64,000 nucleotides of DNA from an uncultured delta proteobacterium. GTDB taxonomy: Bacteria; Myxococcota; Myxococcia; SLRQ01. How positions within the stretch are numbered: position 1 is the stretch's first letter; each line of letters begins with the position of its first letter. Of this stretch, positions 27,955 through 40,029 are shown piece after piece. The stretch is taken from NCBI GenBank assembly GCA_963727485.1, contig CAVSGM010000002.1, positions 198,854-262,853 on the forward strand, read 5' to 3'. Made by a program: the position numbers and the translations under genes. The notes beneath the pieces were generated by a model. That model was not told the origin of the DNA. It did not search any database and worked only from the letters and a program-made list of their open reading frames with translations.

Positions 27955-29500
27955 TCAGCCCAGGGGGCCGGCGGCGTGCTCGGCCGCGCCGAGGATCACG
28001 CCCTCGTCGATCAGGGCGCACAGGGCCTCGATGTCCTTGTGGAGGGTCCGGTCCCCGTCGAGGGGGGGAACCTTCCGGCGGATGGCCGCGTGGACGGGCA
28101 CCACACCCTTCCCGGGCTTCACCGGGAGCCGGTACTCCAGGGCCTGGGCGGCGCAGAGCATCTCGATGGCCGAGGATGGTCCGCACGTTCTCCACCACCG
28201 TGCGCAGCTTCACCGCCGCGGTCATGCCCATGGACACGTGGTCCTCGCGGCCGGCGCTCGAGGGGATGGAGTCGACCGACGCCGGGTGGCAGAGGATCTT
28301 GTTCTCGGCGACCAGGGCCGCGGCGGTGACCTGGGCGATCATGAAGCCCGAGTCGAGGCCCGGCTCGTGGGCGAGGAACGGCGGGAGCCCCGAGAGGCTC
28401 GGGTTGACCAGCTGCTCGATGCGCCGCTCGCTGATGCTCCCGAGCTCGGCGACGGCGATGGCGAGGAAGTCGAGGGCGAGGGCCACCGGCTGGCCGTGGA
28501 AGTTCCCGCCGCTGACGATCTCGCCGGTGTCGGGGAAGACCAGGGGGTTGTCGGTGGCGGAGTTCACCTCGCGCTCCAGGACCTGCCGGGCGTAGGCGAT
28601 GGCGTCGCGGGACGCGCCGTGGACCTGGGGCATGCAGCGCAGGGAGTAGGGGTCCTGGACCTTGCCGCAGCTCCGGTGGCTCTCGACGATGCCGCTCTCG
28701 TCGAGGAGGGCGCGGAGGTTGGCCGCCACGGTGGCCTGGCCCGGGTGGCCGCGCACCGCGTGGAGGGGCGCGTCGAAGGGCTTCACGCTGCCCATCAGGC
28801 CCTCGAGGGTCAGGGCCCCGGCGACGTCGGCGGTGCGGGCCACCGACTCGGCGCGCAGCAGCGCCAGGGTGCCCACGGCGGTCATGGCCTGGGTGCCGTT
28901 GATGAGGGCGAGGCCCTCCTTGGCCCGGAGGGTCACCGGCGCCAGGCCCGCGCGCGCCAGGGCCTCGCCGCCGGGGAGGCGCTCGCCGTCGTGCCAGGCC
29001 TCGCCCTCGCCCACGAGGACCAGCGCCAGGTGGGCCAGCGGCGCCAGGTCGCCGGAGGCGCCGAGCGACCCCTTCTCGGGGACCACCGGCACCACGTCCC
29101 GGTTGAGCATCTCGACCAGGAGGTCGACGATCTCGGGCCTGGCCCCGGAGTGGCCCTTGGCCAGCACGTTGGCCCGCAGCACCATCAGGGCGCGGGCCTC
29201 GTCCTCGGAGAGGGGCTCGCCGACGCCGCAGGCGTGGGAGCGCACCAGGTTGAGCTGGAGGCGGGCGAGGTCGTGGGGATCGATCCGGACCTCGGCGAGC
29301 TTCCCGAAGCCGGTGTTGATCCCGTAGACGAGCCGGTCCGAGGCGAGGATGTCCTCGACGACGGCGCGGGCGCGGCCCACGGCGGCGCGGGCCTCGGGGG
29401 CGACCTCCACCGAGGCGCCGTCGCCGGCGACGAGGGCCACCTCTTCGAGGCGGAGGGTGTCGCCGTCGAGGGCCACGTGACGGGGATGGGACGCGGGCAT
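27955..29500 (-). CDS. hutH: Histidine ammonia-lyase, frame change near 28160-28175
   Basis: [16 protein letters not shown]...[15 protein letters not shown] (Ala-Ser-Gly MIO triad)...; C-terminal segment [14 protein letters not shown]... in ORF 27955..28161 frame. Confidence 0.85.
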
Positions 29501-29618
29501 GTCCGGCGCTCTAGCACCGGCGGCAGGCTCCGTAAAGCGCCGCCCCCCGCCGCCGCGCCGGCCGCCCGCGGCGCGCCGTTGACCCGCCGCAGCGCGTCAA
29601 ATACCCTCCGTCCCGCCC

Positions 29619-30856
29619 ATGGCGCTCCTGGTCCAGAAGTACGGCGGCACCTCGGTCGGGTCCGTCGACCGCATCCTCAACGTCGCCCGCCGGTGCCTCG
29701 CCGCCCGGGCGCGTGGCGACGACGTCGTGGTGGTGGTGAGCGCCATGGCCGGGGAGACCAACCGGCTGCTGGGCCTGGTCTCGGAGATCACCCCCCGGCC
29801 CGCGGAGCGCGAGCAGGACGTGGTGGTCTCCAGCGGCGAGCAGGTGAGCGTGGGGCTCCTGGCCCTGGCCATCCACAGCCTCGGGGGCAAGGCCCGCAGC
29901 TTCCTCGGCCACCAGATCCGCATCCTCACCGACTCGGCCTTCTCCCGGGCGCGGATCCAGGCCATCCAGGCGGACAAGCTCTACGAGGCCCTGGAGCGGG
30001 GCGAGATCGCCGTGGTCGCCGGCTTCCAGGGCGTCGACGACGCCGGGAACATCACCACCCTGGGCCGCGGGGGCTCGGACACCTCGGCGGTCGCGCTCGC
30101 GGCCGCGGTGGGCGCCGACGCCTGCGAGATCTACACCGACGTCGACGGGGTGTTCACCACCGACCCGGGCATCTGCCCGGCGGCGCGGAAGCTCGAGCGG
30201 ATCTCCTACGAGGAGATGCTCGAGCTGGCGAGCCTGGGGGCCAAGGTCCTCCAGATCCGCTCGGTCGCCGCCGCCATGATTCACAACGTGCCGCTCTGGG
30301 TCCGGTCGTCGTTCAACGACGACCCGGGGACCCTGGTGGCCGCGGAGGACAGCGCCGTGGAGCAGCTCGTCGTTTCCGGCATCGCCTACGATCGCCACCA
30401 GGCCAAGATCGCCGTCCGCCGGGTGCCCGACACCCCGGGCGTCGCCGCGGCCCTCTTCGACGCCCTCGCCGAGGAGGGGGTGGTGGTCGACATGATCGTC
30501 CAGAACGCCTCGCGTGGAGGGGCACACCGACGTCACCTTCACCGTGCGCGAGGACCGACCTCGATCGGGCCAAGGAGATCGTCGACCGGGTCGCCGCCGA
30601 GCTCGGCGCCGGCTCGGTGGAGACCGACGACCGGATGGCGAAGGTCTCGGTGGTCGGGGTGGGGATGCGGACCCACGCCGGCGTGGCCGCGCGGATGTTC
30701 CACACGCTCTCGCAGGAGAACATCAACGTCCAGATGATCTCCACCTCGGAGATCAAGGTCTCGGCGGTCATCGACGAGAAGTACGTCGAGCTCGCCGTCC
30801 GCTCCCTCCACACGGCCTTTGGCCTCGACGCCGCGCCGGCGACCCCGGCGGCCTAG
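29619..30856 (+). CDS. lysC: Aspartate kinase, two frame changes about 35 nt apart near 30515-30560
   Basis: [15 protein letters not shown]...[12 protein letters not shown]...; ACT-domain tail [13 protein letters not shown] / [12 protein letters not shown]...[23 protein letters not shown]...ISTSEIKVS spread over three frames. Confidence 0.85.
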
Positions 30857-30864
30857 GAGACGCC

Positions 30865-31408
30865 ATGCGCCGGGGGCCGGTCATCATCGCCGGGATCCTG
30901 CTGGTGGTCCTCACCGGCCTCGGGATCTGGCGCTACGTCGCCCGCCCGGGGGAGGGCGCCCAGGTGCCCCTGCCGGGTCGGCCGAGCTGCCCCGAGGTCA
31001 TCTCCCTCGAGCGCCCGGAGCACCGCGCCGAGCTCGTCTGCCTCGCCAACGGCCCGGGCCCGGGCGACGCAGGTGGCCGCCCGGCTCGGTTGCACCCTCG
31101 AGAAGCTGCCCCACCTGGTCGCCGGAGATCGCCTGGTCGTGGAGCCGGGCACCCCCGACTGCAAGACCACCGTGGCCCGGATGAGCGGGTCGAGCCTCCT
31201 CGCCCTGGGCCTGCCCGTGGACCTCAACCGGGCCACCGTCGACGACCTCGAGGCGCTGCCGGGGATCGGGCCCACCAAGGCCGAGGCCATCGTCGACGAC
31301 CGCCTGGCCCACGGGCGCTTCCACTCGATCGCCGACCTCGCCCGGGTGAAGGGCATCGGGCCGGCGACGGTGAGGCGCCTCGCCGGGAAGATTTCCGTCG
31401 AGCCCTGA
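30865..31408 (+). CDS. comEA: ComEA-like competence protein (membrane anchor plus helix-hairpin-helix DNA-binding domain), frame change near 31065-31075
   Basis: MRRGPVIIAGILLVVLTGLGIW (TM) then ...LNRATVDDLEALPGIGPTKAEAIV...RFHSIADLARVKGIGPATV (HhH) in ORF 31073..31408 frame. Confidence 0.75.
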
Positions 31409-31423
31409 GGCGGCGCCTCGAGG

Positions 31424-32240
31424 TCAGCGCACCACGGTCCCGAAGCCGGCGAAGAGCTCGGCGGCCAGCCGACTGGCCGTGGCGGCCCCGGCGCAGGTAG
31501 CTGTTGACCACCCGGTGGGTCTTCGGGTCCCGGTGGCGGTGGGGGTGGGCCAGGTCCAGGTAGGCCCGGTCGACGCCCCGGCTGCCGTACTGCACCAGGA
31601 CCACGGTTCCGTCGGCGCGGATGCGCTCGACCAGGGCCACGTGGGTCAGCGGGTCGTCCCGGCGCCCGTCCCGGTTCCGGTCGAGGGTGTCGTGGAAGAA
31701 GACCAGGTCGCCGGGGTGGGGGCCGTCCCGGTGGAGGCCGCCGCGGCGCCGGACGTAGCCGTAGATGATGGCGACGCCGTTCTCCCGGCGGTGGGAGGCG
31801 CCGTCGGCGAAGAGGTCGATGCCCTCGCTGCGGTAGACCGCCTGGGCGAGGCCCGAGCAGTCGGCGCGGTAGCGGTGCCCGTGGAGCCGGAGGCGCCGGC
31901 GGCCCACCAGGCGTCCGGCGAGGTCGGCGAGGGCGTCCTGGCGGGCGAGGATCCGGGCCCGGGCGTGGGCGACCTCCCCGGGGGCCTCGGGGGAGAGGCT
32001 GGCGAGGGCCGGGGTGGGGCGGGGGGCCCGGGCGGTGGCCGCGGCGGGGGCCGGCGCCGGGGCGGGCACCGCCGGGGGCGGCGCGGGGTAGTGGGTCGGC
32101 GGGGGCGGGGGCACCGCGTCCTGGAACCGGCTGGCGAGGGCGGCGGCGTCCAGGGGGGTGCGCACCGGGGCCACGGCGCAGCCGCCGGCGAGGAGGGCGG
32201 CGGCGGCGAGGAGGACCAGGCTCGAGGTGCTGCGTGACAT
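31424..32240 (-). CDS. NlpC/P60 (C40) family peptidase lipoprotein, C-terminal frame change near 31440-31500
   Basis: Lipoprotein signal MSRSTSSLVLLAAAALLAGGC; catalytic-Cys motif YRADCSGLAQAVY; ...HVALVER...DGTVVLVQYGS; plausible true C-terminus ...SRLAAELFAGFGTVVR* in adjacent frame (end approximate). Confidence 0.65.
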
Positions 32241-32389
32241 CTTCCGCCGCCTTCCAGGGTACCGGGGCGGACGATCCGGTCAACTTCGGGGCCGGGAGTG
32301 TGGCCTCCGTCCCCGGGCCCGTGGTATCCCCTCCGGACCCGCCCCTTCGGGCCCTCGGGGAGACGGCGATCCTGGAAAATGCTTCAAGG

Positions 32390-34269
32390 ATGACGCGCAA
32401 GTACCTGATCTGGAGCGCCTTTCTCCTTCTGCTCCTCGGCGGCGGCGGCTGCGCCAGCGCCTTCCAGGAGGCGGCGCGGGCGGACACGCCGGCGGCCTAC
32501 CGGGCCTTCCTCGCCAGCGGCCAGGGGACCGACGCCGAGCGCCAGTCCGCCAGGAGCCGCCTCGACGCCATCAGCTTCGACCGGGCGCGGAAGGCCGGGA
32601 CCCTCGCCGGGTACAAGCGCTACCTCGAGGCCTTCCCCCACGGCGACCACGCCGAGTCCGCCGCCGCCGCCCTCGAGGCCCTGCGCTTCAAGGCGGCGAT
32701 GGGCACCCAGGGGCCCTGGGCCCTGGAAGACTTCCTCGCCCGCTACCCCAGCGGGCCCCACTCGGCGGCGGCGCGCGACGCCCTGTCGGTCCGGACCCGC
32801 AAGGCGGCGCTGGCGAGCAAGGACCCGGCGCGGTACCGGGCGTGGCTCGACCGCTACCCCGACGCCCCGGGGGCGGCCGCAGGTCCGCCGGGCCCTCGCC
32901 CAGCGCGCCTGGGCCCGGGCGTCGAAGGCGGGCACCTTCGCGGCCCTGTCCCACTTCGTCCACGCCTTCCCCGGCGATCCCCACCAGGCGGGAGGCGGCG
33001 CTCCGGATCCGGGCCCTGGAGGTCCGGGCCGGCGTCGCCGCCGGGAAGCTCGACGCGGCACGCAAGGTGGTCGCCGGCACCGGCAACCCCGAGGGCCCAC
33101 GCCCGCCTCCAGGCGGCCTTCGACCGGGCGCTCCTCCACCGGGCCCTCGTGGACCTCGACCCGGCGGCCCTCGGGGCCCTCGCCGCCGAGCCCGGGGTGG
33201 GGCCCCGAGGCCGCCGCGGCCCTGAAGGCCCTCCGGGCCCGGCCCCGGCATGGGCGCCGGCTCACCGCCGCCGCCGAGGTCCTGGCCACCCCCGCCGCCG
33301 GGCCTCACCGAGGTGGAGATCACCGCGGGCCTCGCCAGCACCGACCCCCGGCGCCGCCGGGTCTCCGTCCGGGCGCTCGGCTACACCCGGGATCCGGACC
33401 GCCTCCGGCGCCTGGTCGACGCCCTCGGGGACCCGGACCTCCTGGTCCGCCTCGAGGCCCAGGGGGCGATCCGGCGCCTGGCCGCCAGCCTCGATCCCCT
33501 GGTCCGGGACGTGGCCTTCGCCGCCAACCTCCAGCGCCTCCACGCCCGGGCCGCCGGGAGCAGGCTGCTCACCGCCGAGGGCATCGTCCTCGAGGCCGCC
33601 GGCCGCCCGGGGGCCCGGGACGCCCTCCGCCGCGCCGCCGCGAACCCGGGGCGGATCCTGGCGCCGCTCCACCTCGTCGACCTCGAGACCGACCCCGAGC
33701 GCCGGTGGGTGGCCCTGACCCAGGCGGCCCACCGGATCATGGCCGCCGTCCACGACCGCCTCGGTGCCCTGGACCGGGCCCGGACCAAGGGGCCGGTGGA
33801 CGTGGCCCTCCTGCGCCAGTGCGCCGGCTTCGACCAGGTCCTCGGGCAGGTCCTCGCCCACACCGCCGGCGTCGCGAAGGCCCGGGCCCAGGCCACCGGC
33901 CTCCCCAAGGTCGAGCCGCTCCCCTGGGCCGCCGACGCCCGCACCCTCGAGGCGCGCCTCCACCGGATGCGGGCCGACGCCGAGGCCCGGGCCCGGGTCG
34001 TCGACCGGAGCTACCTGTCCTTCGACGTGGACGAGGGCGCCGGTCGGCGGGCCGCGGCGGCGAAGAAGAAGCTCGCGGCGGTGAAGGTCCTCGCCCGGGC
34101 GCCCGGGGTGCCTGGGGTCCACGCCGCCCTGGCGCGCGCCGCCCGGAGCCCCCTCGCCGCAGTGGCCGCCGCGGCCCGGGGGGTGCTCGCCGCCGAGGCG
34201 AAGCCGGCGCCGGAGACCGCGGCGAAGACCGCGAACCCGGCGCCGAAGACCGCGGAGGGCGCCCGATGA
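32390..34269 (+). CDS. Lipoprotein with repeated ARYRAWLDRYPDAP-type motifs and C-terminal HEAT-like repeats; several frame changes
   Basis: MTRKYLIWSAFLLLLLGGGGC lipobox after AAGGA; protein-like segments alternate between three frames across 32880-33320; C-terminal part (ORF 33250..34269) has HEAT-like LGYTRDPDRLRRLVDALGDPDLLVRLEAQGAIRRL. Could be two genes. Confidence 0.45.
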
Positions 34270-34688
34270 AGCTCCCGGACGCCCTCTGCCGGGACGTCGC
34301 CGGCCTCCTCCAGGGCCGGCACCAGGACCGCCTCGGCCCCGGTGAGCTGTTCACCGTCGCAGGCGAGATGGACGCCGACGGGGTCGAGGTCACCCTCGTC
34401 CTCGACGCCCCGGGCGGCCACGACCGGGCCGAGGCCGTGTGCCGGGTCGCGGTGCCCAAGGGCGCCCCCGACGCCGACGCCGCCCTCGACCGTGCCCTCG
34501 ACGCCGCCGACGCCTTCCTCGGGAGCTGGCTCGAGGGGGACCGGGCCGAGCACTTCCCGGTGGACTTCGAGGAGTACGAGTACGGGGGCGCGCCGGTGAG
34601 CCTCCGGTTCCGGCGGTCCCGGCCCACGGTCGAGACCGAGGCCGACCGGCTCCTCCGGGAAGCCGGCCACGATCCCGACGACGTCTGA
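34266..34688 (+). CDS. Hypothetical protein (140 aa)
   Basis: MKLPDALCRDVAGLLQGRHQDRLGPGELFTVAGEMDADGVEVTLVLDAPGG...; start overlaps upstream stop (ATGA). Confidence 0.5.
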   Translation: MKLPDALCRDVAGLLQGRHQDRLGPGELFTVAGEMDADGVEVTLVLDAPGGHDRAEAVCRVAVPKGAPDADAALDRALDAADAFLGSWLEGDRAEHFPVDFEEYEYGGAPVSLRFRRSRPTVETEADRLLREAGHDPDDV

Positions 34689-34725
34689 TCCGGCCGTCGG
34701 CCCGGCGCCGCCGCCGGCGCGGCGG

Positions 34726-35025
34726 TCACGCCTCGCCGGACCCCTCGGGCCCGCCCTCGCCGTAGCCGTAGGGGGCCTCGGGGAGCGCCTCGCCCTCGGC
34801 GAGACCGAGGAAGACCTTCATCTGGACGTCGAGCTTCTCCGCGTCGGCGGCGCTCGCCAGGTTGAGCCGGAACTCGTTGATCACCTTGGTCTGCATCACC
34901 TGCCAGGCCCGCCAGCAGGAAAGGCACACGTGGTCCTGGATCTCCTGACCCGAGGGCCCGGGCCAGGGGGGCGCCGGCAGGGCCTCCCGCGCCTCGCCAC
35001 ATCTCGCACACTTCACCGTCGCCAT
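34726..35025 (-). CDS. YggX-like Fe(2+)-trafficking/oxidative-damage protection protein
   Basis: MATVKCARCGEAREALP...HVCLSCWRAWQVMQTKVINEFRLNLASAADAEKLDVQMKVFL, resembling the YggX W..W...QT.LINE..LN...FL pattern; GGAGG RBS. Confidence 0.6.
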   Translation of the reverse strand: MATVKCARCGEAREALPAPPWPGPSGQEIQDHVCLSCWRAWQVMQTKVINEFRLNLASAADAEKLDVQMKVFLGLAEGEALPEAPYGYGEGGPEGSGEA

Positions 35026-35040
35026 GGGTTCCTCCGAGGA

Positions 35041-35057
35041 CTGCACTGACATTCAGG
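35041..35057. promoter_or_regulatory. Candidate LexA box (CTGCACTGACATTCAGG) in the divergent yggX-like/uvrD-like promoter region
   Basis: Matches the delta-proteobacterial LexA motif CTRHAMRYBYGTTCAGS at 13/17 and shares CTG-N9-TTCAGG with the site upstream of lexA in this window. Confidence 0.35.
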
Positions 35058-35084
35058 GGTGCGTGCTATATCACTGTGTTGCTC

Positions 35085-37196
35085 ATGGCCAGCCGTCGCT
35101 ACACCCTGAAGTCGCACGTCCCCGCCGTCAACTGGCGCATCGACTACGCCCAGGATCTCAACGCCGAGCAGCTCCGGGTCGTCGAGGCCGGCAACGGCCC
35201 GCTCCTGGTCATCGCCGGGGCGGGCTCGGGGAAGACCCGGACCCTCACCTACCGGGTGGCAAGGCTCCTCGAGTCGGGGGTCCGGCCCGAGGAGGTCCTT
35301 CTCCTCACGTTCACCAACCGCGCCGCCCGGGAGATGATCGGCCGGGTGAACGAGCTCGGGGGCGAGGCCCTCGGCAACGACCTGCGCCGCCTCTGGGGCG
35401 GAACCTTCCACCACGTGGCGGCGCTCACCCTCCGGGAGCACGCCTCGGTGCTCGGCTACGGCGAGCGCTTCGGCATCCTCGACCGCGAGGACTCGAGCGA
35501 GCTGATGAAGGCCTGCATCGCCGAGCTGGGCCTGGCGAGCCTCCCCCGGCGCTTCCCCAAGCCCGACGTGGTGGTCAGCCTGGTCTCCAGCGCGGTGAAC
35601 ACCCAGACCCCCATCGCCGACGTGGTCGCCGACCGGACGCCCCAGTTCGTGGTCCTCACCGAGGAGATCCTCCAGGCCGCCGCCCGGTACATGGAGCGCA
35701 AGGTCGCCCTCAACGTCATGGACTTCGACGACCTCCTCCTCAACTGGAAGGTGCTCCTCGCCGAGCACCCGGCGGTCCGCGCCGCCCAGGCCGGCCGCTT
35801 CCGCCACGTCCTGGTCGACGAGTACCAGGACACCAACCAGCTCCAGGGCGACCTCGTCGACCTGGTGAGCTCGGTCCACGGCAACCTCATGGTCGTCGGC
35901 GACGACGCCCAGAGCATCTACTCGTTCCGGGGGGCGCACTTCGCCAACATCTTCGAGTTCCCCGAGCGCCATGCCGGGGCCCAGGTCTTCCACCTCACCG
36001 CCAACTACCGGTCGACCCCCCAGATCCTCGAGCTCGCCAACGCCTCCATCGCCAACAACGACAAGCAGTTCGAGAAGACCCTCACCGCGGTCCGCGACGC
36101 CGGGGTGCTCCCGGCGCTGGTGCCCACCCGGGACGTGTTCCAGCAGGCCGAGTTCGTCTGCCAGCGCATCCTCGAGGTCCGCGACGAGGGCATCCCCCTC
36201 AAGGACGTGGCGGTCCTCTACCGGGCCCACCACCACTCCATGGAGCTGCAGGTCGAGCTCTCGCGCCGGGGCATCCCCTTCGTGGTGCGCTCGGGGCTGC
36301 GGTTCTTCGAGCAGGCCCACATCAAGGACGTGCTGGCCCACCTGCGCCTCACGGCCAACCCCCGCGACGAGCTGGCCTTCAAGCGCACCATCCGCCTGGT
36401 GCGGGGCATCGGCAGCGCCATCGCCGAGCGCCTCTGGACCTGGATGCGCGCCCGGTCCGAGGGCGCCGGCGACCCGGTGTCGGCGATCCTTCGCCGCGAG
36501 GCGCTCGAGGAGGTCCCGCCGCGGGCCCGGGCCAGCGTGGGGCGGTACCAGGGGCTCCTCCGCGAGCTGGGCAAGCCGTCCCTCCGGGACACCCCCGGCG
36601 AGATGATCCGCCTGGTGCTCGAGAGCGGCTACGACGACTACCTGAAGGACACCTTCCTCAACGGTGAGTCGCGCCTCGAGGACCTGGAGCAGCTCGCCAC
36701 CTTCGCCGACTCGTACACCGACCTCGACACCTTCCTCGGCGAGGTCAGCCTCCTCACCGAGCTCGAGGGCGAGGAGGTCGTCGACGGTGTCGAGCCCGAC
36801 GAGCACGTGACCCTCTCCACCATCCACAAGGCCAAGGGCCTCGAGTGGCGGGCGGTGTTCCTGGTGTGGCTCGCCGACGGGCGCTTCCCGGTCCCGGCGG
36901 CCTACCGCACCGCCGACGGCCTCGAGGAGGAGCGGCGCCTCTTCTACGTCGCCTGCACCCGGGCCAAGGACGAGCTCTACCTCTGCCACCCGATCATGCA
37001 CACCCAGCGGGACAGCGAGCGCATCGTGATGAAGGCCTCGCCCTTCGTCGAGGAGCTCCCCGAGGGGGACGACGCCCCGTATGAGCGGTGGAGCCTGGAG
37101 GTCGAGGCGGTGGATCCCGGGCCGGCGCTGGGGCCCGGGGCGGGGATCGCCGGCGCCCTCGGCGAGGGGGGCGAGGGCCCGGATTCCGCTGATTGA
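35085..37196 (+). CDS. UvrD/PcrA/Rep-family ATP-dependent DNA helicase
   Basis: MASRRYTLKSHVPAVNW...LNAEQLRVVEAGNGPLLVIAGAGSGKTRTLTYRVA...VLVDEYQDTN...YSFRGA... Confidence 0.85.
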   Translation: MASRRYTLKSHVPAVNWRIDYAQDLNAEQLRVVEAGNGPLLVIAGAGSGKTRTLTYRVARLLESGVRPEEVLLLTFTNRAAREMIGRVNELGGEALGNDLRRLWGGTFHHVAALTLREHASVLGYGERFGILDREDSSELMKACIAELGLASLPRRFPKPDVVVSLVSSAVNTQTPIADVVADRTPQFVVLTEEILQAAARYMERKVALNVMDFDDLLLNWKVLLAEHPAVRAAQAGRFRHVLVDEYQDTNQLQGDLVDLVSSVHGNLMVVGDDAQSIYSFRGAHFANIFEFPERHAGAQVFHLTANYRSTPQILELANASIANNDKQFEKTLTAVRDAGVLPALVPTRDVFQQAEFVCQRILEVRDEGIPLKDVAVLYRAHHHSMELQVELSRRGIPFVVRSGLRFFEQAHIKDVLAHLRLTANPRDELAFKRTIRLVRGIGSAIAERLWTWMRARSEGAGDPVSAILRREALEEVPPRARASVGRYQGLLRELGKPSLRDTPGEMIRLVLESGYDDYLKDTFLNGESRLEDLEQLATFADSYTDLDTFLGEVSLLTELEGEEVVDGVEPDEHVTLSTIHKAKGLEWRAVFLVWLADGRFPVPAAYRTADGLEEERRLFYVACTRAKDELYLCHPIMHTQRDSERIVMKASPFVEELPEGDDAPYERWSLEVEAVDPGPALGPGAGIAGALGEGGEGPDSAD

Positions 37197-37219
37197 CCGG
37201 GCCCTTGGGCGCCGATACG

Positions 37220-37967
37220 ATGCGGCCCACAGTGCCGGGCCGCGAAGCATCAGGGGGGGGCGTCGGGTCCCCCACGGGGGGTGGAAACGTCGTGCCGCCG
37301 CGGTGGCGCGGGGCCTGGCCACGGCCCTGGCGTGCCTGTCCCTCGGCGCCTGCGCCACGCCCACCTCGGGCCTCGCCGCCCCCGGCGCCGACACCGCCGG
37401 GAGCGTGACGCCCCCGGGGCGCGCCTTCCCCACCGAGGTCACCTTTCCCGACGGCTACGGCCGCGCCTGGGACGCCACGGTGGCGGTCCTCGCCTCCCGG
37501 GGCTTCCCCCTGCGCTCGGTGGCCCGGGCGTCGGGGATCGTCCAGACCGGGTGGCGGGTCACCGCCGGGCGCTACGAGACCCGGGTCGGCGGGGTCCTCT
37601 ACTACGGCCGGAAGGTCGAGCGGCTCACGGTCCTGGTCCGGCCCCTCTCCCACGGGACCGCGGTCTCGGTGCAGGCCCAGGCGGCCCTGGTGAGCCCCGA
37701 GTGGAGCGCCGCCGGCACCCCGGCGCCGGGGCAGGCCGCCGACGTCCCCGACGACACCATCACCGACTACGGGATCCTCCATGACCTGGGGCGGGTGCTC
37801 CGCCGGCCCCTGGCCCGGGCGCCCGACGCCGGCTACCCGGGGCCCCTGGCCGGCGGCGGGGTGTTCACGGCGCCGGTGAGGGCCGCGGCGCCGGTGAAGG
37901 CCGCGCCGCCGCCCCAGGCCCCCACCTCGCCGCCGCCCCCGCCGCCCGCCACCGCCGGAGGGACCCC

Positions 37968-37971
<4 letters not shown>
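37220..37971 (+). CDS. Lipoprotein (hypothetical), probable frame change in a poly-G run near 37250-37290
   Basis: Met in ORF 37193 frame (MRPTVPG...) followed by lipoprotein signal ...KRRAAAVARGLATALACLSLGAC and mature domain in ORF 37081..37971 frame; start uncertain. Confidence 0.45.
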
Positions 37972-39569
<1,598 letters not shown>

Positions 39570-39572
39570 GCG

Positions 39573-39845
39573 ATGGGTATGAAGGACAAGGCCACCAACC
39601 TCGGGATGAAGGTCATGAACGACATCATGACCGACCCCGAGAAGGCCCAGAAGCTGGCGAAGGCCATGGGGGCCTACCAGAAGGGGCGTGACTCGGTGCG
39701 CGAGAGCCAGGAGAAGCTCCTGCACTCGGTGGGGCTGCCCACCACCGGTGACGTCGAGGGCCTCACCAAGCGGATCTCGAAGGTCCGCCGACGCATCAAG
39801 GACGTGTCCAAGCGTCTGGGAAAGGTGCAGGGACGACTGGCTTGA
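39573..39845 (+). CDS. Small coiled-coil protein, possibly phasin-like (hypothetical)
   Basis: MGMKDKATNLGMKVMNDIMTDPEKAQKLAKAMGAYQKGRDSVRESQEKLLHSVGLPTTGDVEGLTKRISKVRRRIKDVSKRL; 4 nt downstream of the Hsp70 gene; functional call is weak. Confidence 0.4.
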   Translation: MGMKDKATNLGMKVMNDIMTDPEKAQKLAKAMGAYQKGRDSVRESQEKLLHSVGLPTTGDVEGLTKRISKVRRRIKDVSKRLGKVQGRLA

Positions 39846-39890
39846 CAGGCGGCCGAGCCAACACCATACTCCGCCGCCGTTTCACGGTTT

Positions 39891-39965
39891 GCGCGCGTAA
39901 CTCAGCGGTAGAGTGCCACCTTCACACGGTGGAAGTCGCTGGTTCGAACCCAGCCGCGCGTACCA
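39891..39965 (+). tRNA. tRNA-Val (anticodon CAC)
   Basis: GCGCGCGTAACTCAGCGGTAGAGTGCCACCTTCACACGGTGGAAGTCGCTGGTTCGAACCCAGCCGCGCGTACCA: 7-bp acceptor stem, D-stem ACTC/GAGT, anticodon stem CCACC/GGTGG with loop TTCACAC, T-arm GCTGG-TTCGAAC-CCAGC, encoded CCA. Confidence 0.9.
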
Positions 39966-40029
39966 TCTTCCCGCGCCCGCTCCCCCAGGTTGGGGGGCGG
40001 GCGCGGGCTTCTCGACGCCGCGCCTACTG

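Noticed and set aside
37081-37219. Upstream extension of the 37.2-kb lipoprotein ORF to 37081
   Set aside because: The extension overlaps the 3' end of the helicase gene and is low-complexity; the lipoprotein signal peptide begins much later.
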